From Octopus sinensis (Eukaryota), in NCBI RefSeq assembly GCF_006345805.1, contig NC_043003.1, positions 55,676,001 to 55,740,000 of the forward strand: 64,000 nt of DNA. Reading direction: 5' to 3'. Made by a program: the position numbers and the translations under genes. Below, one piece after another: positions 13,587 through 26,559 of this stretch (positions are counted from its first letter, which is position 1; the number at the start of each line of letters is the position of its first letter). Under the pieces are notes generated by a model that did not search any database, was not told the origin of the DNA, and saw nothing but the letters and a program-made list of their open reading frames with translations.

Positions 13587-15348
13587 ATACATACATATAT
13601 ATATTATTGCGAGGATATGGATTCCTCTTAAAAGGGTTGTTAGCATCCAAGTATCCCCAGTTTAATCCTATATATCGAAATACATGGGAGTCAGGTTTTA
13701 CTTATTAGTATTGATTCTTATAGTTTAATAATAGTGTTAAATATTAAACAGGTTTCGTATTCCAGGTGTATTTTAATAGATGCCTGTTCATTTCGATATA
13801 TGGCTATATTTTAATATAGTATATGTTATAGAAGAAAATAGAAAATTTTAACAAATAATATCAATTTATTAACATATTGTGAATTTTAACTTCGAGTTAA
13901 ATATTTTGTCAGTGCGGAAAATTAATACGATAGCAATTACATCTTAATTTATTGAGTCATCTGAAAAGACTCAATCAATTAAGATCTCATTCCACTGGTG
14001 TCAATGTTTCGCCCTGACAAAATGTTTAACTCGCAATTTTTAAAAATGCAATTTTAATTTTATAGCTCCATAATTTGAATGAGTTGGACATGGAAACAAT
14101 TATAGACAAATGGAAATTGACAATATGTTAAGAAATTGGTGTTATCTCTAACTTGTTTCGATATTTTAAAATGAGGCAATGCTGCGGCACCGTTCTGAAG
14201 TGTTTAGTACTTCAATCGACGCCGTAATTCATTTCCTGTGACTCATTTCTTTATTTCGCACTATTTTTGCCGAAAGTTTTAGTTACGCGGGTGTGAGCTA
14301 TAGACCTGATAGTATGCCGATTGAAGCACGTTCTCAGTCTATGGCTTCCTGAAGTCAACCACGGTATTGATATAGCTCCAACGGGATCTATCTCAGGAAT
14401 TACTCAGTGTTCGTCGGGCATATAACAAATGATAGAAGCAGAAATACAATTCACGAGATTCTTTAATAATCACAAATATCGTTTCGACCCATCTTGCATC
14501 GATCACACGCGGAGGAGATACTATAAAACTGGTTATGTTGCATCCTTCGGTGTCCTGACGGAACGCATCGGCAATTAGCCTATAGGCAACAACCTACGGG
14601 CAAATAACGGCGTACTGTATGATCGAGCCAAAGCGAAATCACGTTTATTGAGTGAAGTACCTATAACCAGCTGCATAGTATGACAAGCCAGAGCGTTCAA
14701 TGCAAAATTAATAACGAATCTTGTGAATTCCAATTTTTGTTTCTCTTATATATATACATCATAAATACATATGTGTGTGTGTGTCTGTGTGTGTGTGTCT
14801 GTGTGTGTGTGAGTGTATATAGGACTTAAAGGAATAGGGACTTCGAACCTGGACACATACACTATTAGAACTTTAATATAATCCTGGATTTTGAGAAACA
14901 TATCAAATGAAATATAACACAGAATCATTTAACGTAAGCCATAACTCGGTACTGCACTGGATAAGTTAATGCCGAGTTCGCTTCCTCCGATTTTATACAG
15001 AACACAGATTATATATACAAATATACACAAGGCATCATCATTATACATCTTGAAGACATGTTTATTATAGTAATATTGCCATTAAATTCACATTATATAT
15101 CATTGTGGGTTGAAATCTAATGATATTTTAATGAGAATAATACTGCAATAAACAAGTGTATAATATGTACAATTCTTCATTTTATTATGATATCACACAC
15201 ACAAACACACACACGCAAACACACATGCAGACACACCTCACATAAATACATATACAGAGTAAGTAAATATATATATATATATGTTTGTGGTGTGTGTATA
15301 TAAGCACTATATATATATGTGTATATATACACACATATATATGTATTG

Positions 15349-15410
<62 letters not shown>

Positions 15411-16391
15411 TGTAATATGTATTGTTATGTATAATATATATATATATATAACATATATATATACATATATATATATCCATACATACTATATACAACACAC
15501 CACAGATTATATATATACATATATATATATATAATCTGTTATTAGAATATAAATCATATAGTACTGTTAGCGTACCGGTAGAGCACGTTCACATTTACAG
15601 TGTTCATTGGCTATTTGGTTAATGAGAGAGACGAAGATACGAGTGTTTATTGATCACTACAATTGTTTCGAACCTATCTAGCATTGATTCCTCATGTCTG
15701 GGATACTATACAACAGATTTGTGAGTATCCGTGTGTAGATGTGTCACTTCGGTTGATTACAAGTTTACCCCGTTAAAATAAAACCTGTTTCGTAAGATGT
15801 CCGCTTGCTATGTGCATAAAAAACAACAAATTAAGGGATAGAGATGATATATGGTATATGTCCACACACACAGATACCCACACGCACACAGTCACACATA
15901 TATGTATATATGTGGACATATACTTATTTTTTATTAGTTTCAAGTGCTTAGTAGTTTTTTGTTTCCTTAAGGCAACAGGCTGCTAAGATCGTTAGCACGC
16001 CAGGCAAAATTTTTGAGGACGTTTCCTTTACGTTCTAAGTTCAAATTCCACCAAGGTCAAGTTAACTCTTCATCCTCTCGAGGTTGATAAGCTAAAACTT
16101 AACTCTTGGAATGTTTCAAAGATTTCAAGCCAAAGGTCACGTAATGAAATATGTAATACCTTCTACTTCTCAAAGTATTTAGAGTTTATTTTGGTACATG
16201 TATAAGCACTAGTTATACATTAGCAAATATATGTGCATGTATGGGAGCGGATATGTTTTACTACCTATTGTTTCTTTCTCTCTCTCTCTCACTCTGTAAC
16301 CACAGGCATACAACAAGTAGACATATATACGTCACAGATACATTGTTGTTGTTGTGTATATGTTTAAAACTCGCCAATAAAAATTTTGAAA

Positions 16392-16454
16392 CCACCTGAT
16401 GAATGACTGCGACTCAAAAATTTTAAGACAGCAGGCAGGAAACGATCGTAGTGG
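16392..16454 (+). ncRNA. Type I hammerhead motif with palindromic stem III (PLE-type)
   Basis: ccac-CTGATGA-(atga)-ctgc...gcag-GAAA-cgatcg-TA-gtgg. Stems I and II pair perfectly; a 4-nt duplication sits between the core and stem II. Confidence 0.65.
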
Positions 16455-16581
16455 ATATTAATTATACTTTTTAATAATTGTTACATATTTAAACAATATA
16501 AATTAATCATATGTATTGGCTTAAGTCTTCATCGTTGATTTGCCTATAGTGGTTTTGTCTCTATTTAATATATATATTATA

Positions 16582-16641
<60 letters not shown>

Positions 16642-16647
16642 AAACTT

Positions 16648-17010
16648 TTTTACTCTTTTACTTGTTTCAGTCATTTGAGTGTCGGCCATGCTGGAGCACC
16701 GCCTTTAGTCGAGCAAATCGACCTCGGGACTTATTCTTTGTAAGCCCAGTACTTATTCTATCGTTCTGACGTAAACCACCAGCATGGGTTGTCAAGCATG
16801 CTAGGGGGACAAACCAGACACACAAACATATACACACCATTTCTTATATATATATATACATATATACGACAGGCTTCTTTCAGTTTACGTCTACCAAATC
16901 CACTCACAAGGCATTGGTCAGCCCGGGCTATAGCAAAGACACTTGCCCAAGATGCCACGCGTGGGATTGAACCCGAACCATGTGGTTGGTTAGCAGCTAC
17001 TTCCCACCAG
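16648..17010 (-). mobile_element. SINE (same family as 4781-5222), internally deleted
   Basis: Direct sequence similarity. Confidence 0.85.
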
Positions 17011-17022
17011 CCCTCCTATAGA

Positions 17023-17101
<79 letters not shown>

Positions 17102-17139
17102 TATTATATATAGTATATTATGCACATCTATAGGCATTG

Positions 17140-18110
17140 TTATTATCCCATGAGTTTTGTCTGAATTTTGAATAAAGAAAACAAGTGATCAAATGTTATA
17201 TTTAATTAAAATTTAAACATCGATGTCCTTTCCCTGATTATCTATCACTTCCTTCATCTCTTTACAAGCTTTTTATTCACATCAGTGTAAATCTCTTTTG
17301 GCTTCAAAGCGAAAAAGTCTGAAATGTCAGTTTCGACCTCCTGGCTTGCGAAAGTTATGTCCCCCAAATGATTCTGTAAACTACAAAAAAATGCTTGTCT
17401 GAAGGAGCAAGATGAGGAGAATAAGGTGGATAAGGAATTAGTTTCCTAACCAAGCTCTTTGATCTTCTGTGATGTGATTTTTGCAGTGTGGGGTCGCACA
17501 TTGTCCTGATGAAGCATCACTACTTTTCGATTCACTAAAGCGGGTCTTTTTTCCTTGAAAGCTTGTTTCAAACGCTTTAATAGCTGACAGTAGACTTGAG
17601 CGCAGATTGTCGCATTTGTTTGTAACAATTCAAAGTGAATTACGCGTTTGCGATCCCTCCAGATAGAGAGGAGAATCATTTTTCCATGAAGATCGCTTTT
17701 CGGTTGTGGTTGAGCTTTTTTCCTTTTACCAAGTCACTGTTTACGACGTTTAACGTTTCAATAGAAGATCCATTTGTCTTCACCAGTCACAAGTCTATCC
17801 AAAACGGGTCAAATGAGTTCGCGAGAATGGAGAAAAGAGCAGATGTCAATTCAGGATTTGCGGTTGCTTTTGGATAATTCACGAGGCACACATTTTTCAA
17901 TTTTAGAAAATTTCCAAGTTATTAAAGATGACGATGAACAGTTATTTGGTTAGAACTAAGCTTTGTTGCCAATTCTTCAACTGAAAATGCAGTATTTTCT
18001 TCAGGTAATGCCTCAAGGGGCTTACAATCAAACTCAACTCGACGTTTTGAAATCAGATGTCACTAGTGTTCATATCATCTATGGATAAATTTTTAAATTA
18101 AGGATATCAA
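17140..18110 (-). mobile_element. Decayed mariner (Mos1-like) transposon
   Basis: MILLSIWRDRKRVIHFELLQ...MLHQDNVRPHTAKITSQKIKELG catalytic region and KRWKEVIDNQG C-terminus; stops and frameshifts. Confidence 0.9.
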
Positions 18111-18470
18111 CAGCAATGCGATAGGTAGATCGCAGGTGCAATAGCATTAAATAGCTATGAATTATAAATTTGTATGAAGCGTTAGGATGCTTAAACAGGC
18201 ATCTACCCGCTAGAAATTCTCAAATTAATCCACCGTACCGCACCAAGATAACAGAGAAAAACAGTATGCTAGGAAAACAGAAAGGCTTAAAACATTTAAC
18301 AGCACAATTAGAAATTATTAATCGATTATGGATATCCACATACCAGATTTTGGCTTCTGAGTATTTAACCCTGAGCCTCGTCATTGTGGCCTACTGGTCA
18401 TACTCCGTACCTGTCACGTTAACTCTGACAGTGCAACTGGTCTTGTTTGCGACAAAAACAGAGCACTTGG

Positions 18471-18504
<34 letters not shown>

Positions 18505-18777
18505 TATATATATATATAGATATATAAGCAATTAAGGACAACTACTTAATAAGGAAAACTTAACAAGAAATTGTCAGGTAGATAGCGTAAAAACCTCATA
18601 AAGAAAAAAATTTCGAAAATAATTATTTCTCTATTGAACATATTAATTTATATATAGAGGGCATTATACATACATGCCAGGAGGCATTATACATACATGC
18701 CAAACGCTAAGAGGGACAATCAGTCATTTCTACCAAAAATATTACTAATCCCACCGAATGCAATTTTTCAAAGTAAG

Positions 18778-18844
18778 ACATTAAAAATATAGACCTGTAT
18801 CACAGTGATTTCATACTTACGTAATCATCAGCAGGCCTGAATGT
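18778..18844 (-). ncRNA. Type I hammerhead ribozyme, unit 1 (intact core)
   Basis: acatt-c-aggcctg-CTGATGA-t-tac-GTAA-gta-t-GAAA-tcac-t-gtga-TA-caggtct-atattttta-aatgt. Predicted cleavage after AUA, between 18798 and 18797. Confidence 0.8.
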
Positions 18845-19252
18845 ATTATAAATAAACAACGACCCTGCCTCGCTTAAGCCGATCAGCTAACTGATCAACA
18901 TCCACGAAGCACATGGGTGAGTTTATATATATTACATCCGGTAAATGGCAAACTTTTACGAATTGCATTTCGGGAAGAAAAAGTTTTTTCGGAATAAAAA
19001 TTTAGCAATTAAGGACAACTACTTAATAAGAAAACTTAACAAGAAATGTCAGGTAGATAGCGTAAAAACCTCATAAGAGAAAAAATTTCGAAAATAATTA
19101 TTTCTTATTGAACATATTAATTTATATATAGAGGGCATTATACATACATGCCAGGAGCATTATACATACATGCCAACGCTAAGAGGGACAATCAGTCATT
19201 TCTATTTCCAAAAATATTACCAATCCCACCGAATGCAATTTTTCAAAGTAAG

Positions 19253-19320
19253 ACATTTAAAAATATAGACCTGTATCACAGTGATTTCATACTTACGTAA
19301 TGATCAGCAGGCCTGAATGT
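19253..19320 (-). ncRNA. Hammerhead, unit 2 (core variant CTGATCA, probably inactive)
   Basis: Same fold; G8 changed to C. Confidence 0.7.
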
Positions 19321-19732
19321 ATTATAAATAAACAACGACCCTGCCTCGCTTAAGCCGATCAGCTAACTGATCAACATCCACGAAGCACATGGGTGAGTTT
19401 ATATATATTACATCCGGGTAAATGGCAAACTTCTACGAATTGCATTTCGGGAGAGGAAAAGTTTTTTCGGAATAAAAATTTAGCAATTAAGGACAACTAC
19501 TTAATAAGGAAAACTTAACAAGAAATTGTCAGGTAGATAGCGTAAAAACCTCATAAGAGAAAAAATTGCGAAAATAATTATTTCTTATTGAACATATTAA
19601 TTTATATATAGAGGGCATTATAATACATGCCAGGAGGCATTATACATACATGCCAACGCTAAAGGGACAATCAGTCATTTCTACCAACAATATACTAATC
19701 TAATCCCACCGAATGCAATTTTTCAAAGTAAG

Positions 19733-19799
19733 ACATTTAAAAATATAGACCTGTATCCAGTGATTTCATACTTACGTAATCATCAGCAGGCCTGAATGT
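19733..19799 (-). ncRNA. Hammerhead, unit 3 (CTGATGA core; 1-nt deletion in stem III)
   Basis: Plus strand reads gtatccagtg versus gtatcacagtg in the other units. Confidence 0.65.
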
Positions 19800-20099
19800 A
19801 TTATAATAAACTCAGAAGCCAATTAATATGTTCAATAAGAAATAATTTTTTTCGAATTTTTTCTCTTATGAGGTTTTTACGCTATCTACCTGACAATTTC
19901 TTGTTAAGTTTTCCTTATTAAGTAGTTGTCCTTAATTGCTAAATTTTTATTCCGAAAAAACTTTCCTCTCCCGAAATGCAATTCGTAAAAGTTTGCCATT
20001 TACCGGATGTAATATATATAAACTCACCCATGTGCTTCGTGGATGTTGATCATTAGCTGATCGGCTTAAGCGAGGCAGGGTTCGTTGTTTATTTATAAT

Positions 20100-20167
20100 A
20101 CATTCAGGCCTGCTGATCATTACGTAAGTATGAAATCACTGTGATACAGGTCTATATTTTTAAATGT
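20100..20167 (+). ncRNA. Hammerhead in the inverted block (core variant CTGATCA)
   Basis: acattcaggcctgCTGATCAttacgtaagtatGAAAtcactgtgaTAcaggtct read directly on the plus strand. Confidence 0.7.
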
Positions 20168-20775
20168 CTTACTTTGAAAAATTGCATTCGGTGGGATTAG
20201 TAATATTTTTGGTAGAAATGACTGATTGTCCCTCTTAGCGTTTGGCATGTATGTATAATGCCTCCTGGCATGTATGTATAATGCCCTCTATATATAAATT
20301 AATATGTTCAATAAGAAATAATTATTTTCGAAATTTTTTCTCTTATGAGGTTTTTACGCTATCTACCTGACAATTTCTTGTTAAGTTTTCCTTATTAAGT
20401 AGTTGTCCTTAATTTAGCTTAGTTAGAGATTATGATGACCGTTTAAGGGATAGAAGTATCCATTACACTACCAGTATATTACTTATGTTTAACCATGGGC
20501 ATTATGCAAACATATTAAGTACATTATTTATAGGTAAAGACAATGATAAACATGAATTGATCAAGATTGAAAATGTATATAAAGCAGAAAATGGAGAAAT
20601 ATTGATGAACAACAACTGAGTTACATCAATTATTATTTATTTTGTAATAAATAAATATCAATTGATGTAAGTCATTTGCCGTTCATCAAGATGTCCCAGT
20701 TTTCCGTTTATGTATATTACCCACACACTAGCACGCATACACACACACTCGCACGCATACACACACACTCGCACG

Positions 20776-20816
<41 letters not shown>

Positions 20817-22974
20817 ATAAACACAAACACACACACATATAACATATATATATATATACATATATATAGATATACTCATATATAATCACAATCAGATATA
20901 TATATACACATATATATATATACATATATATATGCATATGCACACATATATACATATACAGACACTCACACACATATATATACATATTCATATATACATA
21001 TATGTATATATGTGTATGTACATTATTCATGTGTAGACTACTACCTGTCATGGTACATAATAACATCATTACATTTCGTAAGCTTTCAAAGCCAATCACT
21101 TTTAAGGTTAAGGATGACATGATATTAATTATATGCGACATATTAGTTCCTGCATATTTCTGAATGGATCTTCCTTGCTTATCATTACCATATTCTTAGA
21201 AAGATTATTTCGTAAGGCCTCTAGTAATTAGGAAGAATAACTGAACATCAAGAAAATCAAAGTTGAAGCTCTACATAAAATTATTGCTCCGTTCCTTATC
21301 TTCTGTTAAGTATTGTTTACCAGACATCGTGACTAAACTTTAGAACGAGTCACTATGTGCGAGGTAAATCTGTTAGAAATACTCTACAAATCCCACTGCA
21401 ATTACAAACTTCAATCTTGAAAAGTGTTCATAGGGACAATATTGGTTTGATATGCAACTGGCATGTTCAAAACTGAAGCGATATTGATCTTATATCTGAT
21501 TATTCAAAATTGATATCTGATTAGAAAACAATAACCACTGAAATTATATTAAATGAAACCAATGTGACCTGGTGAGCAAAATTTCTATTCGAAACCCCTT
21601 TACATGCCTTCCTTATGTCGCTGCAACTTTGCCAGAAAATATTACATATGTGGGTTAAAAGTGACTAAAAGACATAAATTTCATGTACACAAATTGCGTC
21701 CATATTTATTCGACTAATTTAACACGTTGCAACTATGTCATATCTCCATAGACTAATTAGTAGTTAGAAATTGGACTCAATCTCTCTGACATTCACACTT
21801 CAACTTAAATGAGTAATTACGCATTCATTCCTTGGTCTGCTGATATTCGCTGTCCTGCAGTAATAATGCAGTTACAAAAACATAGTGTCTTTACTGGTGA
21901 TTTACAACCACTTCATCTTCAATTCTTGCATGAAAAATTAACCATATATCGACAGCAAAGTCACATTTCGTGTAGTCACGAAAGAAATAAGGCGCATTTC
22001 CTCCATATCAAATTCGCTGGATACAAACTACATGTGGGTTGGTCTTGGACTAAATAAGAGAAACAACGAGAAAAATGTCTACAAATGCGTGGCATCCTGA
22101 GTAAGCCTTGTGAGTGTATTTGGTAGATGGAAACTGGAATATGTCTGTGTGTATTTTCAGAAGTCAAGCACGTATAGTAATGAACAAAAGACACTGAATG
22201 CACATAGGTACAGATAAATGGGGGAAGAAACACGGGTCACAAATTCCTCAACAGATATCCGTTAGGGTGTCGAAAGCAATTTCATGCCATTATCGATAAT
22301 ATTGCATCCATCTTGGAGGCAACCAGCAAGAGAACTTGCTGGGAAAGTGACTAGATGATAACAAAACACAATGAACAACAAGGAGGAAAGGAGGACAAAA
22401 AAAATTATATGTATGTGTCTTTGTACCTGTGTTTGTCCCCCATCTCCACATAACAACTGGTGTTGGTGTATTTACGTCCCACTAACGAAAGAAACCGTAA
22501 GAATAAGTACCAGTCTTAAAAACAAAAAGATACAGGGGTCGATTTGTTCGACTAAATTCCCCCAAGAGAGCGCCGCAGCATGGCTGCAGTCTAATGACTG
22601 AAGCAAGTAAAAGATAAAAGCTACAAGAACTGTAGCCACAATCAACTTCTTCACACATACGCTGCACCTGTTGATCACCAAAATATGGTTCTTTGCTCAT
22701 AGAGACCACTCAACATCAATCATATCTAATGCTTTTATACCTTTATTCCTCGCTGTTATAGACACGCATTATTCTCACATGCACTCCTGTTCATACATGT
22801 ACGTAGAACTCAAACGCCTCACTCGCGGCTTTTGCTATATTCTCATTTCAGATTCGTTGCTTGTTTCTGCTTACAGAGAAAACAGTATATTGAAGAACAA
22901 ACATTTAATAATGTAAAACGTTACAATGTACGACTTACGTTATCTACACAGCTCTTTATTGTTCACTATTTTAA

Positions 22975-23090
22975 GGTAGCGCGCTGGCAGAATCGTTAGC
23001 ACTCTAGACGAAATATTTAGCGGTATTTCACCCGTCGCTACGTTCTGAGTACAAATAAATTCCGTCGAGGTCGACTTTGCCTTTTATCTA
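22975..23090 (+). mobile_element. OK-like tRNA-derived SINE, 5' part
   Basis: gcgcgctggcagaatcgttagc head; homologous to 50946-51180. Confidence 0.75.
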
Positions 23091-23094
23091 AGCG

Positions 23095-23578
23095 AAGGAG
23101 TGGTTGCGTGGTAACTAGTTTGCTTACCAGCCGCACGGTTCCGGGTTCAGGCCAGTGCGTGACACCTTGGGCAAGTGTCTTCTACTATAGCCTCGGGCCG
23201 ACCAAAGCCTTGTGAGTGGATTTGGTAGACAGAAACTGAAAGAAGCCCGTCGTATATATGTATATTATATATATATAATATATATATTATATATATATAT
23301 ATATATATTAATAAGATATATGTATGTATGTGTGTGTTGTGTGTGGTGTGTGTGTGGTGTGTGTGTGTGCGTGTGTGTTTGTGTGTCTGTGTTTGTCCCG
23401 CAACATCGCTTGACAACCGATGCTGGTGTGTTTACGCTCCCGTAACTTAGCGGTTCGGCAAAAGAGACCGATGGAATGAGTACTAGGCATACAAAGAATA
23501 AGTTCTGGGGTCCATTTGCTCGACTAAAGGCGGTGCTTCAGCATGGCCACATTCAAATAACTGAAGCAAGTAAAAGAT
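23095..23578 (+). mobile_element. Full-length SINE with internal microsatellite
   Basis: Same family as 4781-5222; head, (TA)/(TG) core and tail all present. An older copy lies at ~22085-22620. Confidence 0.9.
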
Positions 23579-24452
23579 CAGAATTCTATGTGAAAACGAC
23601 GTGTGTATGTGCGCGTGCGTAAGCGTGCGTGAATTTCGGGCGTTGTCGTGTGGAAGGAAGTTTGCTTCCCTACCAGAATGTCGCGAGTTCAGTTTCATTA
23701 CGTTGCACCTTGCATTTGGCTCTGGTTCTATCGCCTCGGGCCAACTAAATTCCCGTGATTGGATTTGTTTGTCTGAAAGAAGTCTGAAGTTGTCTGATGT
23801 AACTGAAGCAGTCTGTCATACATGTATACAAATATACATGTGTGTGTGTGTGTAACTTTGTATCTATATTAATCTTCCATCACTGTTTTTGACAACTCTT
23901 TTTGACAACTGGTTACGCGTAAATACACGTAAATTTGGAGTTCGGCGAAAGACAAGGATACAATAAGCACCAAATTTTAAGAGAATGTGAATGGTGTTGA
24001 ATCCTTTCTGTTGTGGGCAGAGGACCTAATAGGTATACCCCGTATATATTTTATCAAACCCGAAATGAAGAAAAGTAAAGAAAAGCAAATTTGACTACAA
24101 GTGAGCACATCGTTACGAAGCAAAATTACTTACCACAAATCACGCTTGTGCTACAGAATATAGAGGCAGTATTCTCAAGGCTTAAATAGCGTTGTGTTAT
24201 ATTCATAAAGAAACGTGTACATATGATACAACTTTTCGAAAAAGTGTGTCGATAAATAAGTCGATTTTCACTAAGTATATTGACCAATAATTGAGTACCT
24301 CATTTCCTAGGCATCGTTCGGTGTTTTCCATTTACAATATATCTGTATTAGAGAATATATCACACACATATTGTATATCTCTATGGCATGTGTATTTTGT
24401 ATATATTGTACATATAATATAAGATAATACCCATCGTATAGATATATATGTA

Positions 24453-24502
<50 letters not shown>

Positions 24503-24507
24503 ATATT

Positions 24508-24545
<38 letters not shown>

Positions 24546-24752
24546 GTATTGTATATATATATATAATATATATATATATATATACATTTATATGTCCATA
24601 TATACATATAACAGACTATATATGTAGAGAGAAAGAGAAAGAGTGTGCATATATATGCATATATATATGCATATATATATGCATATATATATGCATATAT
24701 ACGTATATATTTCTATTTCCTTATCTACCGATATATATATATATATATATGT

Positions 24753-24783
<31 letters not shown>

Positions 24784-25082
24784 AACGCTATTTTGCGTTA
24801 TGGGATTGGTCGAGAGCGTCGGCGGATAATGTGTCGAACGAAACGTACAGCCAGATAAGGAATATGGAAAACAGGAAACAATAAGAGACAAAGGTTGGAG
24901 TGGGTACAGGCGTAGCAAGATAAACCTAGCATAGAATGTATACTGCATTAATGAATAAGCTATGAGTGAGACATGAAAAATAACAGATTCCATAATGAGA
25001 CAGTATTTCAATGAAAAAATTGCTCAATAACGATAATTCATTACAGGACAAAGTCCATAAATATAAGACCAATATGTGTGTG

Positions 25083-25116
<34 letters not shown>

Positions 25117-25247
25117 CACGTTTGTGTGTGCGCGCGGAGAGATAAATGTTGATATATTTGACGTCTTCTATAAGTTAAATATATAAAGAGCGAGGTTGAT
25201 AGATACATGGACACACATATAGACTGATGGACATATATATAATATAT

Positions 25248-25294
<47 letters not shown>

Positions 25295-25386
25295 TATATA
25301 TACATATATATATATGTATATGCATTTGTATACGTATATATATAGAAATATATTTATATATGTCCATATATATATATATATATATG

Positions 25387-25426
<40 letters not shown>

Positions 25427-25447
25427 CTATATATATATATATTGTTT

Positions 25448-25753
25448 ATTGTTATATTTCGGAATGGTCATATTGCCAGTTTAGCCAATAAAAACACACG
25501 CACTATATATGTGGTATTATTTTGCTTCAGTGATATTTATTTTTTACATTAATCTTATCTTATTTCGGCCAAAGTTCTTTCGTCACACTCCTGAACCACT
25601 GATGCGGTCACAGGAGTGTGACAAAAGAACTCTGGCTGAAATAAGATTAAGATTTATGTAAAAAATAAATATCACTGAAGCAAAATAACACCAATATATA
25701 GTGCGTGTGTTTTATTGCTAACTGGCAATATGACCATTCCGAAATATAACAAT
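25448..25753. repeat. ~306-bp foldback palindrome
   Basis: Arms of about 145 bp (attgttatatttcggaatggtcatattgccag... and its reverse complement) with a few mismatches; abuts TA-rich sequence. Confidence 0.9.
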
Positions 25754-25941
25754 ATCTGTTTCAACACACGACTTCACATAAAAAATCTTGCACAACAAAT
25801 ATTTAAACGTATATATATATATATATATAAATATACATACATGCAGACAGACAGATACACAAAGACAAAAATAGGTAGATAGATAAATACTCAGACTGAA
25901 AGACTGACACACAGAAATATGTATGTGTATTTGTGTGTGTG

Positions 25942-25995
<54 letters not shown>

Positions 25996-26343
25996 TGTGC
26001 GTGAATGTGCGTATAGATAAATAGATAGATAGATAGTCAGATAGATAGATAGATAGATACACAGATTCATAGTTTTATATAAACATCGATAGATGTATAC
26101 GTATGTGAGCATAGGATTTTATGTCGGTACTTGGAACACGAAAGCAAATAATTATTGCACATCTCTTTATCCTAACATATATACTCTATAAGGATGTATG
26201 TACATATGTGTGTGTATGTGTGTGAGTGTACTCACGGTACGACTTCACTCGCGTATGGGTGTGTATTCATTTCTATGTATTTATATAAGCAGCTATCTAT
26301 AAACGTGAGGATATATTTTATATATATATATATATATAGATAT

Positions 26344-26385
<42 letters not shown>

Positions 26386-26508
26386 TTTGTGTGTCTATGT
26401 ATTTATATATATGGAAATAATTCGTGTGTCTATGCATACATTTTTTACACACAAATGAATAAGTATTACCAAATATATGGATACATATATATATATATAA
26501 TATATATA

Positions 26509-26549
<41 letters not shown>

Positions 26550-26559
26550 CATAAGTTAC

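Larger units (their letters stand above)
18528..20414. mobile_element. Hammerhead-bearing ~478-bp tandem repeat with inverted block (retrozyme-like / non-autonomous PLE derivative)
   Basis: Units start at 18528, 19005 and 19483 (third truncated at ~19811); 9-nt linker tcagaagcc; inverted copy at 19821-20414; no ORF; left end abuts (TA)n. Confidence 0.85.

Noticed and set aside
18528-20414. CRISPR array or ordinary satellite
   Set aside because: No short repeat-spacer structure; the eukaryotic context, low copy number, inversion and ribozyme fit a retroelement better.
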